From an uncultured Candidatus Rokubacteria bacterium (GTDB lineage: Bacteria; Methylomirabilota; Methylomirabilia; Rokubacteriales; CSP1-6): 64,000 nucleotides of DNA. The stretch is taken from contig CAWBMV010000012.1 in NCBI GenBank assembly GCA_963789955.1, positions 320,001 through 384,000 of the forward strand, given 5' to 3'. Position 1 is the stretch's first letter. Each line of letters begins with the position of its first letter. The notes beneath the pieces are model-generated. The model was not told where the DNA came from. It was given only the letters and a program-made list of their open reading frames with translations, and did no database searches. The position numbers were made by a program, and so were the translations under genes. Positions 1 through 11,078 of the stretch are shown here, in pieces.

Positions 1-490
1 AGCCCATCAGGAGCCACGTACAGAAGGGCACGAGGAACGTCGGATAGGTGACCACCAGCGCCCATTTCGAGTCGCCGAGCCCGAGCCAGTTCACGACCTG
101 GGCCAGCGGCAGGAACAAGAGCGACGTCGGCACCAGGTAGGTGACGAAGATCCCGGTGCCGAGACTGGCGACGGCGAAGAATTTCAGCCGTGCCAGCGCG
201 TACGCGGCGATCGTGCCGATGACGAGCGAGACGACCGTCGCCAGGATGGTGACCAGCAGGCTGTTCTGCGTCCACGTGATGAACTCGGTCTCCCAGAGGA
301 GCCGCTTGTAGTGCTCGAGGGTCGCGCCCTGTCGGATGAGCAGCGGCACCGCGGTGCGATCGTACAGCTCCTTGTTCTGCTTCAGCGACGTCAGCGCCAT
401 GTGATAGAAGGGGAACACCGCGAAGATGATGAACGGCATCAGCGCCAGGTGCGACAGGATCTGGTGCCAGAACTTCCTGCCCTTCATCAT
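1..490 (-). CDS. Carbohydrate ABC transporter permease (MalG-like), runs off the window edge
   Basis: Manual minus-strand translation gives hydrophobic helices and AAYALARLKF. The start overlaps the upstream stop (TGATG). Confidence 0.85.
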   Translation of the reverse strand, partial: MMKGRKFWHQILSHLALMPFIIFAVFPFYHMALTSLKQNKELYDRTAVPLLIRQGATLEHYKRLLWETEFITWTQNSLLVTILATVVSLVIGTIAAYALARLKFFAVASLGTGIFVTYLVPTSLLFLPLAQVVNWLGLGDSKWALVVTYPTFLVPFCTWLLMG

Positions 491-1431
491 CAGTAGGCCT
501 GCTTTCTGACGTAGCGGAGCTGCGCCCACACGACGATCATCAGCGCCGGGAACAGGTAGAGCGAGATCGCCGCGCCCTCACCGATCCGCCCCGTCTCGAG
601 CCCGACCTGCCGCGCGAGCGTGGCGAAGAGGTGGGTCGAGTTGATCGGCCCGCCGTGGGTCAGGACGTAGATGATGTTGAACTCGCTGAAGGTGAAGATC
701 GTCGAGAACAGCACGACGATGGCCAGGACCCCCTTCAGGAGCGGCAGGGTGACGTACCAGAAGCGCGCGATCGGCCCCGCGCCGTCGGCCTCCGCCGCCT
801 CGTAGAGCTCCTTCGGAATCGCGACCAGCCCCGCCAGCAAGGTGATCGCGAAGAACGGCAGGCCGCGCCAGATGTTGACGATGATCACGGCGGCCATCGC
901 GTAGTACTTCTGGCCGAGCCAGTTGGGCCCGGGCGGATCGATGATGCCGCTGGCCAGGAGGGTCCAGTTGACGACGCTGTAGAGCGAGTTGAACATCCAC
1001 GACCAGCCGAGCGTCGACAGCGCGGTCGGGATGACCCAGGGCAGCAGCACGGCGCCGCGGATCAGGCGCTTGAACCAGAGCTGCTGGTTGAGCAGCAGGG
1101 CGAGCGAGATACCCAGGACGATCTTCGCCCCCACCGCCAGGCCGCAGAAGACGAACGCGTTCTGAAACGTCTGCCGGAACGCGTCGCTGTCCCAGAGATT
1201 GACGAAGTTGCGAAGGCCGATGAAGCTGCTCGGCCGGCCGATGAACGCGTTGGAGACCGAGAAGTAGAGCGCCATGCAGAACGGATAGGCTACCAGCAGC
1301 AGGATCAGCACCAGGGCCGGGCTCACGAAGATCGGCCCGAGCCACGACTCGCGGTCGAGCAGCTCGCTGATCCGAGTCCGTAGCGAGGTGCTCCGCGCCG
1401 CGGTCGCGATGCCGACGCTTCCGACGGCCAT
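490..1431 (-). CDS. Carbohydrate ABC transporter permease (MalF-like)
   Basis: C-terminal part of ORF 490..2715, from MAVGSVG, with EAA loop ELYEAAEADGAG. Confidence 0.9.
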   Translation of the reverse strand: MAVGSVGIATAARSTSLRTRISELLDRESWLGPIFVSPALVLILLLVAYPFCMALYFSVSNAFIGRPSSFIGLRNFVNLWDSDAFRQTFQNAFVFCGLAVGAKIVLGISLALLLNQQLWFKRLIRGAVLLPWVIPTALSTLGWSWMFNSLYSVVNWTLLASGIIDPPGPNWLGQKYYAMAAVIIVNIWRGLPFFAITLLAGLVAIPKELYEAAEADGAGPIARFWYVTLPLLKGVLAIVVLFSTIFTFSEFNIIYVLTHGGPINSTHLFATLARQVGLETGRIGEGAAISLYLFPALMIVVWAQLRYVRKQAY

Positions 1432-1433
1432 GG

Positions 1434-2715
1434 CTAGCTGCCCGCCATGATTTTCTTCATCTCGTTCTCGGCCCAGGCGACGGACTCCTTCGTCGAGGTC
1501 CCCGTGACCGCCTTGGCGAGCATGTTGGGCAGGATGAACGAGTTGGTGATGAGCTGCACCTTGTCGGAGGCCGGCGCCGGCCAGCCGTAGGTGTGATAGT
1601 TCGTGCCCTCGCCCTTGAGGGTGGCCAGCTTCGGATCGGTCTTGAGGACCGCGTGATCCTGCATTTTCGAGTAGACGCGGCAGGAGGAAGGCGCCGCCCG
1701 ACATGATGTACTCGTCGTAGACTTCCTTCTTGCCGAGCAGGTAGCGGATCCACTCCTTCGCGGGCTCGATGTTCTTCGAGAATTTCCAGATGCCGATCGA
1801 GCGCGGCGCGGTGACGTCATGGCGGCCGCTGGGGCCTGACAGACTCAGGTGATGATTGATCCCGTCGGCGCTGGGGAGCTTCTGGTCACGGGCGACGATG
1901 TAGGCGCTCACCGGATTGTGGATCCAGCCGGCCTTGCCCTGCTGGAGCGACTCGTTGTTGCTGGCATCGCTCCAGGAGAGGACTTCCGGCTCCATGCAGT
2001 CGCGGTACATCTTCCGGTACCACTCGACGACCTGAGCGGTCTGTTCCGAGTTGATCTTGACGGTCTTGCCGTCCTTGTCGACTTCTATGGCGCCGTGGCA
2101 CCACATGACGGCCGAGCCGGTCGAGATCGTGTCGAAGTTCTGGCTGATCGGAATGCCGACCGGGTGCCCCATCTTCTTCAGCTCGAGGCCGACCTTGTAG
2201 AGGTCTTCCCACGTCTTGGGCGCCGCGAGGCCGGCCTTCTTGAAAAGGTCCTCGCGATACGCGGAGACGAAGATGGAGTGGTACTGGGGCACCGCGCGCC
2301 AGACGCCCTTCACGTGCGCCGCCTCGTAGCCCGGCGCAATGACCTTGCCGTAGTTCTTTTCGAGGTTCGTGACGATGTCGGAGACGTCGACCAGCTGTGG
2401 CTCGTAGAGCCAGGGCACGTGCATGCGCATCTCGACCAGGTCATGGCCGGCCTGCGTCTGGACCTCGGAGGCGTACTTGGCCGCCTGCTGCGGGGCGGCG
2501 ATGTGGTCGATCTTGATCTTGATGCCGGTGTCCTTCGTGAAACGCGGGCCGAGCTCCGCCAGCTTCTTGTCGGAGAGCGGCGCGAAGTTGTTCCAGCACA
2601 GGTACGAGATCTCGCGCTGCTGCCCGCGCGCGGGCGGCACGCCGGTGGCGAGAATTCCCGCAAGGCCCGCCCCGGTCGTGGTCGTCAGGAAGTGCCGTCG
2701 GGTCAGAGAGGACAT
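1434..2715 (-). CDS. Extracellular solute-binding protein (family 1) with Tat signal; frameshift near 1680
   Basis: TRRHFL Tat motif and SBP-like sequence. The C-terminus lies in ORF 1434..1820. Confidence 0.85.
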
Positions 2716-2847
2716 GAATTCTCCTATCGTTCACGGATGGTTACGCCTGCCGGCCTCGCCGAGGCCGGCTCGTTTTCACTGCTCTCGGTGGCGCGGGCGG
2801 GCTGGCGGCCGAATCCCGCGTACCGGAAGGCCATTTGGCCCGTCATA

Positions 2848-4490
2848 TTACACCGGGCGCACCAGTTCTTGTAGCGCTCGCGTAGGACCTTCTTGTCGAA
2901 CTTGCCGACGCTCGTCTTGGGCACGGCCTCGACGATCTCGACGGCATCGGGGAGGGCCCACCGGGCGAGCTGCGGCCGGAGAAACTCGATGATCTCGCCC
3001 GGCTCGAGCACAGAGCCCGGCTTGGGCACCACGCAGGCCAGCGGGCGCTCGACCCACTTGGGGTGCGGCACCGCGATGACCGCTGCCTCCAGCACTTTCG
3101 GGTGGCTCATGATCATGTTTTCGACGTCGACGCTCGAGACCCATTCGCCCCCGGACTTGATCAGGTCCTTGGTTCGATCGGTGATCTGGACGTAGCCCTC
3201 CGCGTCGATCGTGGCGACGTCGCCGGTGCGGAACCATCCGTCCGCGGTGAACCGATCGGCGGATTCGGGGTTGTCGTAGTAGGCGGCGACGACCCACGGC
3301 CCGCGTACCTGGAGCTCGCCCATGCTCTGACCGTCCCATGCCAGCTCGGCTCCAGGTCGTCCACGATCCGAACGTCGACGCCGACCGAGGCGTAGCCGAC
3401 GCGCGAGTAGACGTCGTACTTCTTCTCCTCCGACCAGTCCTCCATGTAACTCTTGAGCCGCGTCACCGTTCCCAGCGGCGTCATCTCGGTCATGCCCCAG
3501 GCGTGCGACATCTGGACACCGAAGTTCTTGGCGTACGCCTGCTGCAGGCTCCTGGGTGCCGCGGAGCCGCCGATCGCGATCGTGCGCAGCGACGAGATGT
3601 CGTAGCCCTCTTTCTCGCAGAGCTCCTTGATCGCGATCCAGACGGTCGGCACCGCGCCGGTGAAGGTGATCTTCTCGGACTGGATCATCCGGCAGATGTC
3701 GGGCGGCTGTGGATTGGCGCCGGCGAAGATCTGGTCGGCGCCCACCATGACCGCGGTGAACGGCAGGCACCACGAGTTGGCGTGGAACATCGGCACGATG
3801 TGCAGGATGCGGTCGTTCTCGGAGATGCCGAACAGGTCGGTCGTCGCCTCGGCGAGGCAGTGCAGGAACATCGCGCGATGGGTGTAGACGACGCCCTTGG
3901 GATGGCCGGTGGTGCCGGAGGTGTAGCACATGCCCGCGGCGTCGGTCTCGGCGAGCGACGGCCATTCGCGCACCGGCTCGGCGCCGGCCACGAGCGCTTC
4001 GTACTCCGCATGCTCCGCCCCCGCCGTCTCGGCCGCTCCGGCCACGCCGTCGGGCATGATCACGATGCGCCGCACGGTCGGGAGCTTGTCTCGGATGCCC
4101 GCGATCACGGGCCAGAGGCTCGCGTCGACGAAGATGACCGCGTCGCCGGCGTGGTTGATGATGTAGGTCAGGTCCGACGGCGAGAGCCGGATGTTGAGGG
4201 TGTGTAAGTATTGCGCCGGAGAGCGGCGCCGCCCAGTAGAGCTCGAGGTGGCGGTGGCTGTTCCACGCGAACGTCGCCACGCGGTCGCCGCGGCGGATGC
4301 CGAGCGCCGCGAGGGCGCCGGCGAGCCGCATGGTCCGCTCGGCGAAGTCGGCGTACGTATAGCGGAACATCGGGCGGCCCGGCACGCGCGTGGCGATCGT
4401 CTTTCTGGCGAAGAGCCGCCGGCTCCGCTCGAAGAAGTGCGTCAGGGTGAGCGGGTAGTTCATCATGAGGTTGTCGAAGCGCGCGGTCAC
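2848..4490 (-). CDS. Long/medium-chain fatty acid-CoA ligase (AlkK/DmdB-like); frameshifts near 4200 and 3350
   Basis: YTSGTTGHPKG, WGMTE, GWFRTGD, DRTKDLIKSGGEW and PKTSVGK motifs spread across frames. Confidence 0.9.
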
Positions 4491-5323
4491 TGTGATCGTC
4501 CTCCTGGAGCTACTTCTCCCAGATCTTCCGACGTGGCGCAGCGAAAGCCGACGAAGTGGTGCCCGGCCGCCGCGCCGCGGCGGTCGTAAGAGCGCCGCCG
4601 CGTCACGGCGAGCGAGTCCACGGGGTCGTCGTGACTCGCGCCTCGAACGACCACGCGTCCGCTCGTGCCCGTGTACGGCTCCCGGTCGTCGTCGATCCTA
4701 TAAGGATAGGGGCGGAGGAGGGTGAGCGTCCACTCTCGCAGGTTGCCGAGCATGTCCTCGACGCGGTACGGGCTCGTGCCGTCCGGCGTGCTCGCGGTCG
4801 GCTCGGTCGCGTTGTAGGCGCGGCCGAAGACGGCCAGGTGCGGCACCGGGGTGGCCGAGCCCCAGGGATACAGGCGGCGGTCGTCGCCACGCGCGGCTTT
4901 TTCCCACTCCGCCTCGGTGGGCAGGCGCCGACCCTTCCACGCGCAGTAGTCGCGCGCGCCGAACCAGGAGACCTCCACCACGGGATGGCGCTCGAATCCC
5001 GGATCGGCGACCCAACGGTCTTGAGAGCGGTGGATACGCGCGTCGGCGTCGTCCTCGTCGTACCGTCGCTCGCGGCCGGGCGGGCGCAGGCCGGTCGCAT
5101 TCAGAAACGCGGCGAACTCGGCGTTCGTGACCTTGTGGCGCTCGATCCAGAAGTCGCGCACGTAGACCCGGTGCAGGGGCGCCTCGTCCGGCGGGCCGTC
5201 GTCGCGCCCCATCCAGAAGGCTCCGGCCTGCACCAGCATGATCCCGTCCGCCGCGGCGACCGCCGGGAGCGCCAGCAGGACGGCGGCCACGAGGATCACG
5301 ACGGAGCGGCCCACACCGATCAT
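4487..5323 (-). CDS. Formylglycine-generating enzyme family (SUMF1/FGE-sulfatase domain) exported protein; start may be GTG at 5314
   Basis: RLPTEAEWEKAARG, DMLGNLREW and VGFRCA motifs, plus a signal peptide. Confidence 0.85.
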   Translation of the reverse strand: MIGVGRSVVILVAAVLLALPAVAAADGIMLVQAGAFWMGRDDGPPDEAPLHRVYVRDFWIERHKVTNAEFAAFLNATGLRPPGRERRYDEDDADARIHRSQDRWVADPGFERHPVVEVSWFGARDYCAWKGRRLPTEAEWEKAARGDDRRLYPWGSATPVPHLAVFGRAYNATEPTASTPDGTSPYRVEDMLGNLREWTLTLLRPYPYRIDDDREPYTGTSGRVVVRGASHDDPVDSLAVTRRRSYDRRGAAAGHHFVGFRCATSEDLGEVAPGGRSQ

Positions 5324-5340
5324 GGTATCGTGAGTGCGGC

Positions 5341-7401
5341 ATGCGCTCCCGCTGGAACGACGCCGAGGCAAGCCAGCTCCACGGCCTCGATCTTCTCGTC
5401 TACGCGTCGCGTCTGGTCGGCGCCGAAACCGCGCTCGTCATCTGGGGCGGCGGCAACACCTCGATCAAGACCCGCGAGCGGGATCACCGCGGCCGGGAGA
5501 TTCCGGTGCTCCGCGTCAAGGGAAGCGGCTCCGACCTCAAGTCGGTCCAGCGCAAAGACTTCCCGGGCGTGCGCATGGACGACATCACCGCGCTCCTCGA
5601 CCGCAGCGAGATGGGCGACGAGGAGATGGTGAGCTACCTCGCTCACGCGCTGCAAGAGCCGGGAGGTGTGCGCCCGTCGATCGAGACCTTGCTGCACGGG
5701 TTTCTCGAGGCGCCCGCCATCGTTCACACACACGCCGACGCCGTCGTCTCGCTCACGAACAACGACCGCGCGCACGACGTGGTGCAGGGCGTGTACGGCA
5801 AGGACGTCATCGCGCTCGCGTATCGCCGGCCCGGGTTCAAGATCTCGCGCGACGTGGCCGACGCGATCGCCGAGCGCCCCGACGCGAAGGCCTTGCTCCT
5901 CGAGCGGCACGGCACCATCACCTGGGGCGCGACCGTCCGCGAGGCGTACGAAGGGACGATCGAGCTGATCACGCGGGCGGAGGACGCGATCGCCGAGCGT
6001 AAGAAGGGCCGGCGGGTGTTCGGCGGCGCGCGCGTGTCCGTCCTGGAGCCGGCGGCTCGGCGCCAGACGGCGCTGGCGGTCGCGCCGCGGCTTCGCGGAG
6101 CGCTGAGCCGGAGCCGGCGCGTCCTGGTCGGATTCGACGATTCGCCCGACGTCACCGAGTTCGTGTCGTCGGTCGACGCCTCGCGCGTCTCGCAGATCGG
6201 GCCGGCGACTCCGGATCACACGATCTACGCCAAGCGGCTCCCGTGCTACGTCGATGCGACCGGCGCCGAGGGGCCGGAAGCCTTGTTCGGATCGATCGAG
6301 CGCTCGATCGAGGGCTTCGTCGCCGGTTACACACGCTACTTCGAGGATCACCGCTTCGAAGGCGCTCAGCTGCTCGATCCGCTGCCGCGGGTCGTGCTCG
6401 TGCCGGGCCTCGGCATGTTCACCGCCGGGAAGGACCGGCGCACGGCCGGGATCGTGAATGACATCTATCACCACACGATCGGCGTCCTCGGCAACGCCGG
6501 CGCCTTCGGCCAGTACGTCTCGCTCTCGGCCAAGGATGCCTTCGACGTCGAGTACTGGCCGCTCGAGCTCTACAAGCTCACCCTGGCGCCGCCCGAGAAG
6601 GAGCTGGCACGCCGGATCGCGCTCGTGACCGGCGGCGGGTCGGGCATCGGGCGCGCGGTGGCGCGCAAGCTCGCCGCCGAGGGCGCTCACGTGGTCGTGG
6701 GGGATCTCGACGGCGCGACGGCCCGGCGGACGGCGGACGAGATCGTCGCGGCCGTCGGCTCGGGACGCGCGCTCGGCCTCGAGATGGACGTGACGCGGGA
6801 GGCCTCGGTGCGGGCCGCGTTCGAGGAGACCGTGCTCGCGTACGGCGGTCTCGACATTCTCGTCTCGAACGCGGGAATCGCGCACTCCGCTCCGGTGGTT
6901 CGCCTGGAGCTCGCCGACTGGGAGCGCTCGTTCGCGGTGAACTCGACCGGCCACTTCATCGTCGCCCGCGAGGCGATGCGGCTGCTCACGGCCCAGGGGC
7001 TCGGCGGCGCGCTCGTCTTCGTCGCGACCAAGAACGTGATGTCGCCGGGGAAGGACTTCGCAGCGTACTCGGCGGCGAAGGCGGCGGAGGCCCAGCTCGC
7101 CAAGGTGCTGGCCCTCGAGGGCGCGCCGCACGGCATCCGCTCGAACATCGTGAACCCGGACGCGGTGTTCCAGGACTCCAAGCTCTGGTCGGACGACATC
7201 CGGCGCGAGCGGGCCGCGGCGCAAGGCATCAGGGTCGACCAGGTCGAGGACTTCTATCGCAAGCGCAACCTCCTCGGGGTCGGGATCTTGCCGGAAGACG
7301 TCGCCGAGGCGGTGCTCTTCCTCGCATCGGACCGCTCCGCCAAGACGACGGGCTGCTCCGTGACGGTCGACGGCGGCGTACGGGACGCGTTCCCGAGGTG
7401 A
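5341..7401 (+). CDS. Bifunctional class II aldolase / short-chain dehydrogenase (rhamnulose-1-phosphate aldolase/dehydrogenase type)
   Basis: GGGNTS, PSIETLLH, HTH and EYWPLE motifs, then an SDR domain (TGGGSGIG, YSAAK). Confidence 0.9.
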   Translation: MRSRWNDAEASQLHGLDLLVYASRLVGAETALVIWGGGNTSIKTRERDHRGREIPVLRVKGSGSDLKSVQRKDFPGVRMDDITALLDRSEMGDEEMVSYLAHALQEPGGVRPSIETLLHGFLEAPAIVHTHADAVVSLTNNDRAHDVVQGVYGKDVIALAYRRPGFKISRDVADAIAERPDAKALLLERHGTITWGATVREAYEGTIELITRAEDAIAERKKGRRVFGGARVSVLEPAARRQTALAVAPRLRGALSRSRRVLVGFDDSPDVTEFVSSVDASRVSQIGPATPDHTIYAKRLPCYVDATGAEGPEALFGSIERSIEGFVAGYTRYFEDHRFEGAQLLDPLPRVVLVPGLGMFTAGKDRRTAGIVNDIYHHTIGVLGNAGAFGQYVSLSAKDAFDVEYWPLELYKLTLAPPEKELARRIALVTGGGSGIGRAVARKLAAEGAHVVVGDLDGATARRTADEIVAAVGSGRALGLEMDVTREASVRAAFEETVLAYGGLDILVSNAGIAHSAPVVRLELADWERSFAVNSTGHFIVAREAMRLLTAQGLGGALVFVATKNVMSPGKDFAAYSAAKAAEAQLAKVLALEGAPHGIRSNIVNPDAVFQDSKLWSDDIRRERAAAQGIRVDQVEDFYRKRNLLGVGILPEDVAEAVLFLASDRSAKTTGCSVTVDGGVRDAFPR

Positions 7402-7405
7402 CGGC

Positions 7406-8323
7406 ATGATCGGCTTCGGCGCCCAGCTCTCGCTCCATCCCCCGGCCGAGCAGTTCGAGCTCGTCCAGCGCCTCGAAGCGGTCGGCTACGACTCGGTGTG
7501 GACCGGCGACCACATGTCCTTTCACAACCCGATCCACGAGTCGATCACCCTGTTGGCGTCCTACGTGCCGATCACGCGGCGGATCCGGCTCGGCGTCGGC
7601 GTCTATCTCCTGGCGCTGCGCTCGCCGGCGGTGGCCGCCAAGCAGGCGGCGACGCTCGATGTGCTCTCGGGCGGCCGGCTCGTGTTCGGCGTCGGCGTCG
7701 GCGGCGAGAACCCGAAAGAGTTCGAGCTCTGCGGCATTCCCCACAAGGAGCGCGGCGCCCGCGTGAACGAGGGGATCGACGCGGTGCGCACGCTCTGGCG
7801 CGACACGCCGGCGAGCTTCCACGGACGCTTCACGCGCTTCGAGTCGGTCTCGATCGATCCTAAGCCCGTGCAGCAGCTTCCGCCGATCTGGATCGGTGGC
7901 CGCTCCGACGCGGCGCTGGCCCGCGCGGGCCGTCAGGGCGACGGCTGGATGTCGTACGTCGTACAGGCCGACCGCTACGCGCAGAGCCTCGACAAGATCC
8001 GCGCCGCCGCGGCCACGGCGGGCCGCTCGATGGACACGTTCACCGCGGCGCACCTGGTCTTCATCACGATCGGGCGCGATTTCGAGGCCGCGAAGCGCGC
8101 GTGGGTGAGCGTGCTCAGCAAACGCTACGCGCAGGACTTCGAGCCCCTCGCCAACCGGTACGGCGTCATTGGCACGCCGGAGCAGTGCGCCGAGCAGCTC
8201 GAGCGGTTCCGCGCCGCCGGCTGCAGCTACTTCGTCATGAGCGCGATCGGCGAGCCGCGCGACGAGCGCGCCCAGCTCGAGACGATCGCCGCCGAGATCA
8301 TCCCTCGATTCAGGTCGCGCTGA
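7406..8323 (+). CDS. LLM class flavin-dependent oxidoreductase
   Basis: VWTGDH, AKQAATLDVLSGGRL and PPIWIGG motifs. Confidence 0.9.
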   Translation: MIGFGAQLSLHPPAEQFELVQRLEAVGYDSVWTGDHMSFHNPIHESITLLASYVPITRRIRLGVGVYLLALRSPAVAAKQAATLDVLSGGRLVFGVGVGGENPKEFELCGIPHKERGARVNEGIDAVRTLWRDTPASFHGRFTRFESVSIDPKPVQQLPPIWIGGRSDAALARAGRQGDGWMSYVVQADRYAQSLDKIRAAAATAGRSMDTFTAAHLVFITIGRDFEAAKRAWVSVLSKRYAQDFEPLANRYGVIGTPEQCAEQLERFRAAGCSYFVMSAIGEPRDERAQLETIAAEIIPRFRSR

Positions 8324-8342
8324 GCGTGCGGCGGACGGCACC

Positions 8343-8700
8343 ATGGCAGATCTGACGGGCGGACAGCTCGTGGCCCGCACCCTCAAACAGGCCGAAGACG
8401 GCCGTGCGCTTCAAGCTTCCGTACACGTGTGTCATCGGCAACGACGGCGGGTGGGGCCCGATCCGGAGCCCACAGGTGTCGTTCTTCGGCGAGGGGCGCA
8501 CCGTGGCGACCTCGCTGCCGACAACCCGCTACGATCTGATGATCGAGGCGCTCGGCGGCCGCGGCGCCTACGTCACGGATCCGAGCCAGATCGGCCCGGT
8601 GCTCGCTCGCGCGCTCGCCTCGGACGAGGTCTGGTGCGTCAACGTGGCGCTCGACCCGGAGGCGTACCGCAAGAGCGGCCAGGTCTCGATGGCCATTTGA
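8343..8700 (+). pseudogene. Internally deleted thiamine diphosphate-dependent enzyme (acetolactate synthase-like)
   Basis: N-terminus MADLTGGQLVARTLKQA is joined out of frame to the TPP C-terminal tail TAVRFKLPYTCVIGNDGGWG...RYDLMIEALGG. Confidence 0.8.
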
Positions 8701-8707
8701 CCGCCGC

Positions 8708-9724
8708 GTGAAGATCACGTTTCTGTGCCCGCACCTCCGCATTGCCGGCGGCGTGCGCGCGATCCTCACGTACGCGGATCTCCTCACGGCTGACGGACAT
8801 CAAGTCAGCGTCGTCGTGCCGGCCAAGGGCCGTGGCCGTGCGTTCTGGCGGTCAGTCACCCGCGCGGGGCCGGACTGGATCCCGGGCTTCCGGGCCCGCG
8901 TCGTGTGGGTCGATCGATGGCGCGCGGACGCGCTGCCGGACGGCGACGCGATCCTCGCGACGGCGTGGCGGTCCGCGACCGCCGTGGCCGAGGCACCGGC
9001 GCGCTGCGGCCGGAAGTTCTACTTCGTGCAGCACTACGAGAGCCTCTATCACGGCCAGGCGGAGACGGTCGACGCGACGTATCGTCTGCCGCTCAAGAAG
9101 ATCGTGATCTCCACGTGGCTTCGCGACATCATGCGTGAGCGCTTCGCGTGCGATGCGGAGATCCTGGTCACGCCGGTCGACCCGATGCTGTTTCATGCCG
9201 TTTCCGTCACGGTCGCCACGTCGCGCCCGCGTGTACTGATGCTGCATCATGACTACGCCTGGAAGGGGACTGCCGAGGGCTTCGAGGTCGTCGCGCGCGT
9301 CAAGCAGCGCGTCCCGGGGCTCTTCCTCGTCGGATTCGGTGTCAGCGCGCCCCGGGGCTCGGCGAGCTATGACGAGTTTCACGCCGACCCGCCGCAAGAC
9401 ACGCTCGCCACCCTCTACAGCGGCTGCGAGATCTACCTGTGCCCCTCGTGGGACGAGGGCCTCGGCATGCCGCCGATGGAGGCGATGGCCTGCGGCGCCG
9501 CCCTCGTGACCTACGACAACGGCGGCTGCCGCGACTATGCCTACGACGACGAAACCGCCCTGGTCGCGCGCCGGCGCGACGTCGCCGATCTCGCGGCCAA
9601 GCTCGAGCGAGTCGCCACCGACGAGACACTGCGCGGGCGCATCGCCGCGGCCGGCTCGGCGTTCATCCGCAACACGTTCGACTGGGGACGCTCCGTCCGC
9701 CGCATGGCGGCGCTCTTTCAGTGA
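8708..9724 (+). CDS. Glycosyltransferase family 4
   Basis: EGLGMPPMEAMACG motif. Confidence 0.9.
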   Translation: MKITFLCPHLRIAGGVRAILTYADLLTADGHQVSVVVPAKGRGRAFWRSVTRAGPDWIPGFRARVVWVDRWRADALPDGDAILATAWRSATAVAEAPARCGRKFYFVQHYESLYHGQAETVDATYRLPLKKIVISTWLRDIMRERFACDAEILVTPVDPMLFHAVSVTVATSRPRVLMLHHDYAWKGTAEGFEVVARVKQRVPGLFLVGFGVSAPRGSASYDEFHADPPQDTLATLYSGCEIYLCPSWDEGLGMPPMEAMACGAALVTYDNGGCRDYAYDDETALVARRRDVADLAAKLERVATDETLRGRIAAAGSAFIRNTFDWGRSVRRMAALFQ

Positions 9725-10749
9725 CGGTCGGGCTGCCGACGGTCGAGGCTCCGTGCTTCGTGTGCGGAGACGACGGCGCCGATCGGGTCTGGGCGACGCC
9801 GGATCGCGCGTTCGCGGTGCCCGGCCTCTACACGGTCGTGCGCTGTCGTCGCTGCGGCTTTCTCTATCAGCGCCCGCGCGTGCGCGACGAGCATCTCGCC
9901 GCGTGCTATCCCGATCACTATCCGCGACACCAGGAGCCGTCGCCGCGGATGCCGCTCAAGGGATCGAAGAGCCGGCAGCGGGCCGCGCGCTGGGCGCTGG
10001 CCAGCGGCCTCGGCTACGAGGCTTTCCGCGACGCGCAGCGTCTCGCTTCTGACTCGGCTGCGCGCGCCCCGGATGCTTCGACGGATCCGGTGGAGCTGTC
10101 CGCCGTGGACCGGCGCGGGTCGCTATCTCGACGTCGGGTGTGGCTCGGGCGGATCGCTGGCGGTCGCGCAGGCGCTCGGCTGGCGGGTCGCGGGCATCGA
10201 GATGGACGCCGCCGCCGCGGCGCTCGCGCGGCGCTTCACCGGACGAGCTCCACGTCGGCGATATCCTGACCGCGCCGTTCGCGCCGGACCGCTTCGACGT
10301 GGTCACGGCCTTTCACGTCCTCGAGCACGTGCCGGATCCGATCGCCGTTGCCGGCCGCATGCTCGAGTGGCTGGCCCCCGGCGGGCTCTTGATCGTGGAG
10401 GTTCCGAACGCCGGAGGGCTGGGCGCGCGCTTCTTCGGTGGGGCCTGGGCCGGGCTCGAGCTTCCGCGACACCTATCGCATTTCACTCCGGAGACGCTCG
10501 ACGCCGTAATCGAGAAAGCCGGCGGCCGGGTCGTCTGGACGTGGCATCAGGCGAAGCCGCGTACCTACCTCTGGAGCCTGTCGGCGTGGCTGCGTGATCG
10601 TGGCTGGGATGGGCTCGCGAAGCTTGCGGAGCGACGGTCCGGTCTACGGGGTGCTGAAGCTCGGACTGGAGCTGCTGGTGCCGCTCGCGCGCGTGGCGCG
10701 TCGCGGCGAGTCGATCAGGATCGGCGCCGTCCGGAATCGCCCGCGGTGA
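9721..10749 (+). CDS. Class I SAM-dependent methyltransferase with N-terminal Zn ribbon; about 3 frameshifts
   Basis: CFVC...CRRC, LDVGCGSG, FDVVTAFHVLEH and EVPN motifs in successive frames. Confidence 0.8.
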
Positions 10750-10921
10750 CGTAGGCCGACGGCGCGTCGTGCCGGGCGGCGAGGTTGGCGAGCTCGCGCT
10801 CGAGGTCGGCCAGGCGCTTGGCCAGGCGGTCCCGCTCCTCGCGGAGCGACTGGGTGGCCGACTGGATGTGCGCCGCCAGGTGCTGGTCCCGATCCGCTCG
10901 CCGCCGTCTCGCCTCGTCCAT
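10715..10921 (-). CDS. Small hypothetical coiled-coil protein
   Basis: MDEARRRR...LREERDRLAKRLADLERELA heptad pattern. Confidence 0.45.
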   Translation of the reverse strand: MDEARRRRADRDQHLAAHIQSATQSLREERDRLAKRLADLERELANLAARHDAPSAYVTAGDSGRRRS

Positions 10922-11078
10922 GGTCGACTGGTCGAGCAAGAGCGGTGCCGCTGCGCGACCCCTTACACGCCGCGAGCTTCCGACCCGGAAGCCGTGCAGT
11001 CTGACACGTGCGACGAGAGCGTCAGTCAAGCTGACACGCCGGAATTCGTCCGAAAGTCGCATGCTAGAATCGGTCGCG

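Noticed and set aside
490..2715. Apparent SBP-permease fusion (741 aa)
   Set aside because: It is created by a frameshift near 1680. The true SBP end and stop are in the other frame at 1434.
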